A stretch of DNA of 64,000 bases from Eledone cirrhosa (taxonomy: Eukaryota). A program made the position numbers and the translations under genes. The stretch is from positions 294,748,001-294,812,000 of the forward strand of contig OZ024742.1 in NCBI GenBank assembly GCA_964016885.1, read 5' to 3'. Below the pieces are notes generated by a model. It was not told where the DNA came from and did no database searches. It saw only the letters and a list, made by a program, of their open reading frames with translations. Below are positions 49,901 through 62,340 of this stretch, piece by piece; within the stretch, counting starts at the first letter, position 1, and each line of letters opens with the position of its first letter.

Positions 49901-50972
49901 GTTGACACGAATACTGAATTAAAGCGAGTTTGGCTTTTACATCTACCTCCCTTACTCTGACTACCAAATCCTGAATCTGGCACATTGCTGCACCAGCTCC
50001 TGTAATTCTTGCACTTGATTCACCCTTCTGTCTTCCATCCCTCACGAACACGACCCTGAGATACTTGAACTTCCCCCCACCTGCTTCAGTGGACCTCCAT
50101 TCACATGTAGAGTGACCCAACTCAGACTCCTGCCTTCCATCACTCACGAACACAACCCTGAGATACTTGAACTTCCCGCCACCTGCTTCAGTGGACCTCC
50201 ATTCACATGTAGAGTGACCCAACTCAGACTCCTGCTTTCCATCACTCACGAACACAACCCTGAGATACTTGAACTTCCCGCCACCTGCTTCAGTGGACCT
50301 CCATTCACATGTAGAGTGACCCAACTCAGACTCCTGCCTTCCATCACTCACGAACACGACCCTGAGATACTTGAACTTCCCGCCACCTGCTTCAGTGGAC
50401 CTCCATTCACATGTAGAGTGACCCAATTCAGCCTCCTGCCTTCCATCCCTTGTGAACACGACCCTGAGATACTTAAACTTCCCCCCACCTGTTTCAGTGG
50501 ACCTCCATTCACATGTAGAGTGACCCAACTCAGACTCCTGCCTTCCATCACTCACGAACAGGACTCTGAGATACTTGGACTTCCCCCACCTGCTTCAGTG
50601 GACCTCCATTCACATGTAGAGTGACCCAACTCAGCCTCCTGCCTTCCATCCCTCATGAACACGACCCTGAGATACTTAAACTTCCCCCCACCTGTTTCAG
50701 TGGACCTCCATTCACATGTAGAGTGACCCAACTCAGACTCCTGCCTTCCATCACTCACGAACACAACCCTGAGATACTTGAACTTCCCGCCACCTGCTTC
50801 AGTGGACCTCCATTCACATGTAGAGTGACCCAACTCAGCCTCCTGCCTTCCATCCCTCACGAACACAACCCTGAGATACTTGAACTTCCCCCCACCTGCT
50901 TCAGTGGACCTCCATTCACATGTAGAGCCATTCACATGTAGAGTGACTTAATTCAGCCTCCTGCCTTCCATC
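49900..50972 (-). repeat. Second-family RTE fragment amplified into a 9-copy tandem array of a 102-bp unit
   Basis: GACCTCCATTCACATGTAGAG recurs at 50092, 50194, 50296, 50398, 50500, 50601, 50703, 50805 and 50907; the unit is homologous to ~43217-43312. Confidence 0.92.
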
Positions 50973-50974
50973 AC

Positions 50975-51308
50975 TTTATCATTCTGGATACACTTCTCTC
51001 CAATGACATCACAATTCTCTCTGACACACTGCCTCGCAATCTTGAACACCTCCTGTTTCTGGTCCTCACGTTGCAAAACATGCTTGAATTTTCTATCCTC
51101 TGCTTCCCTCCTAGCTAAGTATACTTGTCGCCTAGCTTCCCTCTTGGTCTCTATGTAATGTACCCTGCTCCCCCCGTTCGTCCATTCTTTCCATGCCTGT
51201 CTCTTGGCCTTAACTGCCTCATCTACCTTATTGTTCCACCACCAAGTCACTCTCCTCCTACTTGTGGTCTTACTCCAGCCACAGACCTCATCCGTCACCT
51301 CTAGTAAG
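50975..51308 (-). mobile_element. RTE fragment duplicating ~48987-49315
   Basis: Near-identical direct repeat; translation WWWNNKVDEAVKAKRQAWKEW. Confidence 0.9.
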
Positions 51309-51750
51309 TTTTTTTTTATATATATATATACAAATATAATTTCAGCGAGATCGTATTTCGGCTGTGGTCAAAAACAAAGCGAAACGCAATTTTCGAGATA
51401 TGCGGCAAGCGCTCAATGGACTAAAGGAAGACCAGAGCAATTAACATACGTTATAGAGGCCAGACAAACTGAAAACGGCGGTCATGAAGCTATCAGCCAC
51501 CGGAGCCAAAAAAACGAAGCAAGCTAATATATATATATGTATGTATGTATATATTTACACACACCACACACACCCATATGTATATTTCTTTTTATTCCTA
51601 TTTTCTCAACCCCACCTCCTACCTCACCCCTCCCACTCCCCTCGAATCTATAACTTCATATCTGCTCCTTAAAATACCCCCCCCTTCCCACTTCTACCAT
51701 CCCCAACCACTAGGAAGCCTATAAATATCAATGACTTTCTATATCACTTG

Positions 51751-51800
51751 ACTTTCCTGATGATTTCATATGAATGAAACAGTTCTAGTCTTGTAGAAGC
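51751..51800 (+). ncRNA. Candidate minimal hammerhead ribozyme in a Penelope-like terminus
   Basis: CTTTC-CTGATGA-TTTCATATGAAT-GAAAC-AGTTCTAGTCTT-GTA-GAAG, with TATAAATA ~30 nt upstream; same family as 15774-15913. Confidence 0.5.
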
Positions 51801-52054
51801 CATTTCTATATTCAACAATGATATAAATATATGTGTGTGTGTGTGTGTATCGCCTGTCTACCCATATGTTATTAAACATGTGACTAATGAAACTATAAAT
51901 ATATACATAGATATACAAAGATAAACACCTCTCACTCTCTCTCCCTCATACATAAATACACACATACATAATACATACATGCATACTTATATACATACAT
52001 GCATACTTACATATATACATACATACATATACATATATATATTAATTGAAGCGT

Positions 52055-52340
52055 GAAGGCACATGACTTAGTGGTTAGAGCATTAGGCTTGCAATCGAAA
52101 GGTTGTGAGTTCAATTCTCAGACCGGGTGATGTGTTGTTTCCTTGAGCAAGACACATTATTTCACGTTGCTCCAGTTTACTCAGCTGAAAATTAGTACCA
52201 GCAATAGCTGGAGGATTAACCCTGTGATGGACTGGCGTCCTGTCCAGGGGGGAGTCTTGTACTCTCAGTCGCTTCACGCCATGAAACCGGGATAAGCACC
52301 GGTCAAATGAGCCTTCTGGCTTAAGACAGACTTTAGATTT
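52055..52340 (+). mobile_element. tRNA-derived SINE family B, full length
   Basis: TGACTTAGTGG box A, GAGTTCAATTC box B, CORE-like CCTTGAGCAAGACAC block, CCCTGTGATGGACTGGCGTCCTGTCCAGGGG block and an AGACTTT-type tail. Confidence 0.85.
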
Positions 52341-52610
52341 ATTGAAGCACACACACACGCATGTATGCATGTAAAGGGGAGCCTGGTATGTATATAGTAT
52401 ATATACTAAAATTGGTTCCCATGTATACTCATATAAAGAGGAAGATCACAGATCAGGGTAGTACCTGATGCATATTCGTGGATATATTGAACAGTCCAAT
52501 CAAAGGGCCCAATCCCTTTTATGGGACTATACCCTCTTCCTTTCTCTTCTCTGTCTCTCTGTTGCAGTTTTGATGAGTTGCAGTGCATCTGAGCATTGTG
52601 CACAATCATT

Positions 52611-52641
<31 letters not shown>

Positions 52642-52699
52642 TATGTATAAGTATACACAGACACATATTCTTATGCATAGTTATAGACTATTACACACA

Positions 52700-53088
52700 G
52701 GTCCCAAATATTACGGGGGGTGGGGTGGAATAAGTGAGGTGGGGGGGCTGGAATAAGCGGTTGGGGTCGGAAAATCGGTAATTTTTCTAGGTTGTTCCTG
52801 TTAATTTATTTAAAAACTAGAATTAGTCATTTAGTTTACACATTGAGAGCCTGATCCATCCTATTTATTTTATAACATATGGGATTTCTAGTAATGTACT
52901 TTTTTTGTCATGTTTAATGTTTTTTAATGTCTAAAGAAAATTATCACAGGAATGCTATCACAATAAAATTTCATTGGAGATAGATTAGCAAAATTTAATA
53001 AGCGGGTTGTTGGAATAAGAGTTGGAAAAAATTCTGAAAAATTAATAAGCGTGGGAGGGGTGGGTCAATTATTAAAGACCCAAAAGTA
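52700..53088 (+). mobile_element. TA-flanked MITE, same family as 38312-38677
   Basis: Body homology; ends GACCCAAAAGTA. Confidence 0.75.
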
Positions 53089-54212
53089 CACACAAATCTA
53101 TATAATATATAATATGTGCACATGTACATAGCAAACCTTTAAGCATTCATACACACATACACACACACACACACACATACACACACACATTCACACACAC
53201 ATTTATACATATAAATACAGATATATTGTTCTGTGATATCAAACTTGATCATTCATCCTTTCTGGGTTGATAAATAAAGTACCAGTTAAGGGCAGTGGAT
53301 TGGTGAAATAGTTAGAGGTTTGTATAATATACTTTGTACTATCAATAGCTGCCAACTGGGTATTTAGCTCCTAAGGTTATACAGAGCTGTCACCTGGTTT
53401 TTTAGCCCCCTTTTCCAAATAAGCTTACAATTTGGCAAGCTACCAAACCTAGTTCTTGACACTTATTCATCTGACCACAAATAAATTATTAGGCCTACAT
53501 TTTCCACTACTCAGTCCACACACCTCCATGCCAAATCATGTTACATACCATAACACTATACAACTCTCTCCACCACTTTCGATATTTCCACAATACTACA
53601 CAGCAAAGATATTTAGTGATTATTTTACTGATTACAAGAAATTATTATTTATTTACTTCAGCATTTAAACTGGCCGTATCCGGCCAATATTCCCTCACTT
53701 CTTTCTGTTCAAACCGACTATAACCAGCCACTCATACTGATGTTAAGGTATTGTTCTCAAAATAAATAACATCAAAATCTCATAGATTTGATATTATGTG
53801 AGATAATTATGAGAGATAAAACCTTTACCATGAAAATATAATAGTATATATAATGTTAATGCTAAAGGCTTAAGTTAATTATACAAATTTGTATAAAAAT
53901 ATGCTCCTTTATGTCTTAGTAATGCATGTCTCTGTGATCTGAATAGTAGGTGATTGCCAAGTTTACCTTAATGGTTGCATCTCCCTAGGCAATATCTATT
54001 TCTATTTGTTGATCTTTGACCAGCAGTATTTCCCTTAGATAACTCTAGTTGCATTAAAGAAGAGATGGTGACATGTATATATAAGCAACAGCAGATTTCC
54101 ATTAAATCTATTTTTTGCTAGTCACTATTTAGCCTCCCAATGTCCTCAGTCCCTGGACTGCTGGGGGGGGGGGGGGGGGGGGTCCCAATAAATTGGGAGA
54201 AGGGTATCATAC

Positions 54213-54292
54213 CTGAGAAAGGAGCCCCACTTAGTGGAACAGCTGATGCAGTGATTATTGCTGCTTCTTCCATGTGATAATGCTTTCACTAT
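54213..54292 (-). CDS. Candidate host-gene exon, possibly the start-codon exon (MEEAAIITASAVPLSGAPFS, phase 1)
   Basis: Acceptor TTTTCTTTTCCTTTTTACTAATATATATAG and donor CAG|GTATGA; ATG at 54273 preceded by in-frame stops; non-repetitive sequence. Product not recognised. Confidence 0.4.
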
Positions 54293-54554
54293 CTATATAT
54301 ATTAGTAAAAAGGAAAAGAAAATGCTGACAAATTTTTCCCAGTGAAAAATAGTTTAATTAGGAATAAGTATAAATTAGTAATAAGTATTAGTTAGTATTC
54401 AGTTTTAGTTTTAAGTTTTTACCGGTTGTGCATTTTTTATGCTTTTCAAAAATAATTTTGAGATAGAGTGCTCGTGATTTTTGAAATATATATATATGTG
54501 TGTGTGTATCTATATATATATATGTTTATATGTGTGTGTATGTATATAAGTGTG

Positions 54555-54623
<69 letters not shown>

Positions 54624-55404
54624 TTACACATAAATAAATATATAGATGGTACCACTCACGTCTACTTAAAGACTGATGTAGGCATGAATTATGAATTATG
54701 AATTATGAAGCGATTTGTCAAACAACATATAAAGAAATGATTGGCACATGTATAAAACCATGTTTGAATCATAGTGAAAGTTGAATAAAACTTACTGTGG
54801 TTGTTGTGACTGCTATGGACCCTTTACCATTGGACCTTAAATAGTATCCTTAATATGACCCCTTCACTGTTGTTTCCCACTGACCATGTAGAAAGAGAGA
54901 TAGAAAGATGGGTGGAAAATGTAATTGAGTTCTTATACAGTTCACCTTCCTTCCACCAGATGGACAGTGTGTGAGAGGCCAACTGAGAAACAGAAAAGGT
55001 TTTGGAAAGTAAGAGACTTCGATGTTATACCTTCCTAGGAACACATATGCAGTATCTCACCGATCTTTGCCTGCAGTACTCTCACTCTATACCCTACTGA
55101 AAACCACCCCCTAGATTATTCAGTTCTTACCTATCTCTTATTTAATGCCCTCACCAGCTCCACCACACGACAACCTACCTTCTTCCTTGTTACTACAAAC
55201 CACCAAAAACCACCACCACCACTACCACCACCACCACCATATATGTGAGCCTAGAAATTTTGTTGGTGTATTTTTTTATCATACATACGTTTATATTTAT
55301 TTATTTATTTTATGTTGTTCTTGCACCTACCTACTTCATTGTCAGCCCCTCCACTAGTTCATACAAATACCTTAAAATACATTTATTTATGTTTGCAGAG
55401 CAAA

Positions 55405-56260
55405 GATTGTGGTGGTGGCGACAGCAGTGGTGGTGGTGACAACAGTGGTAGTGATGGTGGGGGTGGCAGTTTTGCTGCAATGAGAATGGTGATGATAGCA
55501 GTGGTGGTGGTGGTGGTGGTGGTGGTGGTAGCAGTTTTGGTGTAGTGAGGATATTGATGGTGATGGTGGGGTGTAGTGAAAATTGTAATGATGACAGTGG
55601 TGGTGTAGTGTGGATAGTGATGGTGCCAGTGGTGGTGTGGGGAAGATGGTAATGATGACAGTGGTGGTATAGTGAGGATGGTGGTGGTGTAGTGAAGATG
55701 GTGATGGTGATGGTGGGGTGTAGTGAAAATTGTAATGATGATGGTGGTGGTGTAATGAGGATAGTGATGATGCTTGTGGTGGTGTAGTGAAGATGGTGAT
55801 GGAGACGGTGGTGGTGTAGTGAAGATGGTGATGGAGACGGTGGTGGTGTAGTGAAGATGGTGATGGAGACGGTGGTGGTGTAGTGAAGATGGTGATGGAG
55901 ACGGTGGTGGTGTAGTGAAGATGGTGATGGAGACGGTGGTGGTGTAATGAAGATGGTGATGGAGACGGTGGTGGTGTAGTGAAGATGGTGATAGTGACGG
56001 TGGTGGTGTGGTGAAGATGGTGATAGTGACGGTGGTGGTGTGGTGAAGATGGTGGTGGTGACGGTGGTGGTGTGGTGAAGATGGTGGTGGTGACGGTGGT
56101 GGTGTAGAGGGGGTTGTAATGATGATGGTGTAGTGTGGTAGTGAAGATGGTGGTGGTGTAGTGAGGGTAGTGATGGTACTGGTGGTGGTGTAGTGAAGAT
56201 GGTGATGGTGACTGTGGTAGTGTAGTGAAGATGGTGATGATGGCAGCAGAGGTGGCAATG
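55405..56260. repeat. GGT-rich tract containing a 30-bp minisatellite (GTAGTGAAGATGGTGATGGAGACGGTGGTG...)
   Basis: Near-identical 30-bp units at ~55780-55990, diverging outwards. Confidence 0.92.
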
Positions 56261-56579
56261 ATACAGTTGTTGTAGAGAGAAGTGGCAGTGTAGGGTGAGG
56301 GGGGGGGGGGGGGGGGCACATTGAAGAAAGCCAGCAGCCAAACCTTTGAGCTGCTATAAATAACTGACTTCAACCAGATCTGTCTCATTTCTCTGTTTCC
56401 TTTCCTTTCCCAGCCGGTTTACCTTAACATTGTCTGTTAGGTAAAAACCTTACCTGCACTGCTCCCCTACCCCAAGCAAGTGCTACCAAAAATAAACCTA
56501 AGGTGGGGTTATGTATGTAGATGTGGTATGATAGAGATGTTTGATAAGAAAGGTTGGAGCGAAAAAAGTGCTGGCTGGC

Positions 56580-56614
<35 letters not shown>

Positions 56615-58061
56615 TTGTGTGTTTGTGTGTGTAAATGGAGTTAGTTGAATTTAGTCTGAAATAGAACACCAAGCATTTACTTATTTTCGAATACTGACTT
56701 GGTACCAATCAATATATAGAGCCTTGTTCTTGTCTAAAACTTCCTAGCCCTTATCTTAAAAATGGAGGCATATTTCACAGAGGATGTACTATCATTACCC
56801 CTATCTCAAGAATGGAGGTATATTTCACTGAATACTCCTATCTTAAGAATAGTGGTATATTTCACAGAAGGTGCCATATCGATTTTTCTATCTCACAGAG
56901 GATACACTATCATTTTTTTCCCCCTGTTTAGTCAATGAGGGGTGGACTGTGCCCATGTCCCTTTCCAAGACCTCCAAGACTTAGAAAAGGAAGGAGGAAA
57001 ATATCCCTAAGCTGGAGACCCAACTAGAATACTTGCAAAAGACTGGATTCCACTAAAGTTATCCAACCACCAATGGTGTCAAACCAGGTGATGAATTACA
57101 TCTGCTATCCAAGTAGGCCACAGCAGGTTTGAATCTAGAATTCAAAAGCTATGGCCTACTTTTATTCTTCTCCTTTACTATATTCTAAAACATCCAGTGT
57201 CCATATCCATCTCAACTGCACACATTTTCATCCAGCCATATCCCAAAATTGTAAAGGGAGCTTTACACTTTTAAGAATAACCCCTCAGATTTGGGACAAG
57301 CTTCAAACTACTATTTCTACTGTTTTTACAGAAGGAAGTGAATGACCCATGACCTTTTCAGGATCTCTGAAACTGGTGTGGAAAAGAAGAGAAAACCATA
57401 CATAGTTCATCAAACATGGCTTCCACACATATTTGACTCACTAGACTTGAGTAAACCCAAGTTTATCATAGAAGTGTTACATGGTGAAGCCAAACCTTTT
57501 CCAGCTGACTGGATTGGAACAACAAAATAAAATGTCTTTCTCAAAGGACTGACTAGAATTAAACTAATCACCATACAAACATAAGCTACACACCTTTAGA
57601 ATATAGTATATCTTCTATTTTGTACTTCTCCAATATCAGGGCTGTTTTTTTCTGTATAGTGATTTAATACACATTGTGAGTTCCCACAACACTCTAAAGA
57701 TCCAATATCATTCTATTTTATTTTCTCTAGGAAAACATTGATATAACAGACAGAAAAATAGATGAATGGTTGTTGGACTACAAGTGCATTCAAATATTCT
57801 CAAAGCTCTTCATTGTGTTTCTGAAGGAGTGTGTATGGAGGAGTTAAAATGGAATAGGTAGCAGTTTGAGAACAATCTTAGGCTTCCAATCTGAAGAAGT
57901 TAACAAGAAGTAACTCTGTTGTATACTTTCATAGAAAATATTTTAGATGCTTCATCTACAAGATCATTAACTGTTATTTTTAACGAAACACACTGATACA
58001 GTCATTATTTTATCTTGGAATCTATACCAGAGACATTGAACCAGGAGTTTGATAAGTGATC

Positions 58062-58322
58062 TTAACCCTTTAGTTACCAACCAAACCAAAATAGTTACCA
58101 GTCCGGACAAAACCAGCTCTGGTTCTATGAAATAAAACCACAAAATTTAAATGTCTCCAATTTAATTTAAAATCTTACAATATAATTTTATATAAAAACC
58201 TTACATTAAGTTGCTATCTTAGTAATGAAATAATTAATAATTTTAGTAAATCCATCAAAATTCTTTTTTAGTTGATTTAAATAGAGTGTATTTCATTAGA
58301 AATGCAGTCATTAAAGGGTTAA
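58062..58322. mobile_element. TTAA MITE family 1
   Basis: TTAACCCTTT...AAAGGGTTAA termini. Confidence 0.8.
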
Positions 58323-58375
58323 GCATGAAACTCCTGGACCTGGTATCTTTGGTATAGCTATAATAAAATATATAT

Positions 58376-59043
58376 AAGGGAAAAATTAGAAATAAGAGGG
58401 ATCAGATGTTGTTTACTCGAGAGAAGACTACGTTGGTATGGCCACGTGATGCGCATGAAAGACGACAGCTGTATAAAAAAGTGCAGGGCAATAAAAATAG
58501 ATGGTAGCCACGGAGTAGGCAGACCCTGAAAAACCTGGGACGACTTGATAAATTCCGACCTCACACACTTACACCTCTCCAAGACAATATCACTGGCCCG
58601 AGATCTTTGGCGCTACACAGTAACACAGAAGACCCGCCTTACCTAAATACAAAGCGAAACCTACTACAGTCAGTAGGCACCTCTAACAAAATACACCCCG
58701 TCCCACTACCCCCACCTCATCCACACCACCCCTTTCAATGCAAAGTTATGTTGGTACCACAACATCCAGTCCGAAACAAATGAGGTCGTGTAGGTGTCAC
58801 GACAAAAAAAAACACACAGTCCACGCTGTAATGTGACCATGTAGGTAACACGGTAAAAACCTCCCAGTCCACACTGTAAACGTGGTTGGTGTTAGGAAGG
58901 GCATCCAGTCGTAGAAAACCCACCAGACAGTCCTATGCGAGCGAGACAACCACTCTTGCCTCAAGTGGGAAAACTTCCGTCCAAACCCATGCAAGCGTGG
59001 AAGATGGACGTTAAACGATGATGATGATGATGATGATGATGAT
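58376..59043 (+). mobile_element. RTE LINE 3' fragment with (GAT)n tail, same family as 1-1628
   Basis: High identity to ~977-1628. Confidence 0.92.
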
Positions 59044-59919
59044 ATACCTCTACCCATGTATTGAAGTTTTTGTTCTTCTGTTTGTACAGCACCCCCCCCC
59101 CTCTCCTTCTTACACTCTCTCTTACCCTCTCTCTCTCTCTCTCATATGTTACTAGAATTCTAACACTGTGTGGTCTATCAGTTGATATTAAATCAAACCA
59201 ACTTTCACAGTGAGTCTAAATACATTAACGAAAGAGCTCGAAATATTACACAAACCTTCCTGAAATCAAGTATTACTACTGTCTTAAAAAGGTAGGGAAC
59301 ATTAGGTAATGTAATCTTAGATACATTGTCTGAATAAAAGATGGGATGACTGATGTTGGAATGCCTTTTATCATTGCTCTGCTCATTCATGTTTGGGCTT
59401 AAATAACAATAACGTAACATTGATATGACTCCTTATACATATTTATTTATAATTCATGCAGTATCAGAATTCAAGTAATTGTTGTTGTTGGATCTATGCT
59501 GGTTCCAATGACGAGTGTTCCAGTTTTTCAAACAACAAAACAGTATCATTAGAAAACGATAATCAGCTCGAAATGAAAATGAAACCCATTGTAGTTCTGT
59601 TGTTATAACTCCTCAAGATTCCCTTAGTTCTATCTTCTATGATGAGAATAATAGTAGCAGAAGACTAAAAATACCAGAAATTATTGTCAAAATATATTTT
59701 TTAGTCTGTGGCATTCAAGACGTCTGGAGGAGCTGGACTGCTGACAATGAGGTTATTGTCATTGTTGGACACTCATCTTACCGATTGAAATAAACTTATG
59801 CAGGCTTTAAACATATCATTAAAATGTTTGTGAATGGCACAACTCATTAACGGTTGGCCAGGCAGTAATTACTAGAGTACTGATATAGTGTGGGTTATGA
59901 ATATATGTGTATATGGAGT

Positions 59920-60065
59920 CATGTAAAAGCAAATGGTTTAGTGGTTAGAGTGTTTGACTCATGATTGTAAGGTTGTGCATTTGATTCATGGTGGCATGTT
60001 GTGTCCTTGAGCAAGACACGTTATTTCACATTGCCCCAGTTCAATCAGCTGGAAAAAACGAGTTG
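59920..60065 (+). mobile_element. SINE family B, 5' part
   Basis: tRNA-like head plus TGTGTCCTTGAGCAAGACAC. Confidence 0.7.
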
Positions 60066-60807
60066 TGTTTGTATTGGAAAATAATCAAGAATTTGGAGGG
60101 ATTTAGTAATATAACTAACTCACTTTATTAAGCTAATATAAATTAACTAAGGTTCTTACATAAAATTATGATGAAGGTTTTTAGATATAAACTCTTTAAT
60201 ATAAACAACTTTGTATCATAAAACAAGGGGTAGTTTTAGGTGGGTTGATATCAAAAGGGTTTGTTAGTTTAAAAGAGACATATAATGTTAGTAACTGATG
60301 TTCTACTGAAAGAATATATGAGACATATAGATATGCAACTCTTATAACACTGTTGTTTTGTTTTTATATTTATTGTTTTGTTCAGTTTATCTGATGAGGG
60401 GCCGTTTCATCAAAAGGTGCCTATATGTCTAGTGAATACAAAATATATAAACTTTTGATAATAAATATACTAGAAGGTTACAGTTGAATAGAATGGGTTT
60501 TGTTTTATATGATAATTTATAGAAACTATTCTCTTTTGTCTCTTGTAAATAAAACTGGAAAATCAACAAGATGTAGACTGGATGATGAAGATAACATTAT
60601 TGTTTTTGTGTTTGTTGTAGGATAGCCTTTCTAGGATATCAACTTACTTTTTTTTCAACATAGCAGACAAAAAAAATATATGACTGGAATCCATTTTCAG
60701 AAACTTGGAGCAGAAAAAGAATATCAAGAAATGAAGGAACATGGAATCCTCTTCAAGTTTCTACACCATGATAATGAAGAAGTAACAAGGAAATAAAACA
60801 GGCTGAT

Positions 60808-60893
60808 CTGTAAATGACCAGGCAAACTGCACTCTGAACTATAAATGACCAGGTAGACTGCATATTGAACTGTAAATGACCAGGTAAACTGCA
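60808..60893. repeat. Three tandem ~31-bp units (CTGTAAATGACCAGG.AAACTGCA...)
   Basis: Read directly from sequence. Confidence 0.8.
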
Positions 60894-61443
60894 CACATTA
60901 TTTAACATCCATTTCCCATACTGGCATGGATTGGATGAGTTGTCACAGTCTAAGATTACTCAGGTCGGAAAGACCACATCTTGTTCATACATTCCATATT
61001 TTTGGCATGATTTCTACAGTTGGATGCTTTTCTAATGCCAACCACTTTACACAGTGTACTGGGTGCATTTTATAGTTGAACCAACAGTAGAAAGGTTGTC
61101 AAGTCTTTGACAGGACCAAATGAACCCCTCCACCTTGCATTGTCCTGGTTGTTTGTCCATCACTTTACAGCAGGTACTGAGTGCATTCCATGAAACCAAT
61201 ATGCAATCCATCAAGGTACAAAATGGAAAAGTCAAATGGAGACTGTGACATTTTAATAGTTGAATTTAAAAATGTTTCTCTCACTAGACTTTTTGGAATC
61301 ACAATATAATATCAGGCAAAGGTCCTAACATTACTTGCATTAGAATTGAGAGTTAAAAGACAGTGTGAGAAAAATTTCAGCCGAGAGTTGACCAAAGAGT
61401 GTTATTGATTTCATTTTATCCAATAAATTAGAAAACGGCATGT

Positions 61444-61675
61444 TTAACCCTTTAGTATTTAAACCGTTCATATCTGGCCACTTCTGTTCTCTAACCCACT
61501 TCTGTTCAAACTGGCTGTAATTGGCCATTCATACTAATGTTGAGGTATTGTTCTCAAAATAAATAATTTCAAAATCTCATAAATTCAATATTATGTGAGA
61601 TGATTATGTGCAGTAAATCTTTTACCATGAAAATATAATAGTATATATATAGTAATATAAATGTTAAAGGGTTAA
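61444..61675. mobile_element. TTAA MITE family 2, complete
   Basis: TTAACCCTTTAG...TAAAGGGTTAA termini. Confidence 0.82.
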
Positions 61676-62055
61676 TGTTGTAATCGCTCTAAGAATTCTT
61701 TTAACTTTACCAAGCAGTGAGAGGATTTTTTTCTAAGGTTAAACCCACCAAAAACTATTTATGATCAATAATTAGTACAGACTGACTCTGTGGGTTAGCT
61801 ACAATTCCTATTGAAGAACAAATGGCATAAAAGATGAATTTAAAAGAATTTGTGAAAGTTTCTGTGGAGGCAAAGAAAGTAATTTTTTAGGTCAACAATT
61901 GTCATATAAAATTTCTTTTAAAATGTATATGTTCTTTGTGTATTAAAAGAAAAAGGTAAAAGGTCTTTGACACTGTGCTGACACCATGGCATGTCTTTGA
62001 CATTTTAAATACAGTGGAGCCTGTCCTACTCCAGGCTGAAACACACCCAATTTCT

Positions 62056-62230
<175 letters not shown>

Positions 62231-62340
62231 AATTAACTCAAGAACTGAACTGTTACTTTCTCTATATTGAAAAGATGAAAGGCAAAGTTAACCTTAGTGA
62301 GTTGAAACAAATAACCTAATAACTCTGCCAACTCATTGCC

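Noticed and set aside
57730-60790. Plus-strand multi-exon gene or pseudogene
   Set aside because: The exon-like segments contain stops or lack donors and resemble no protein I recognise.
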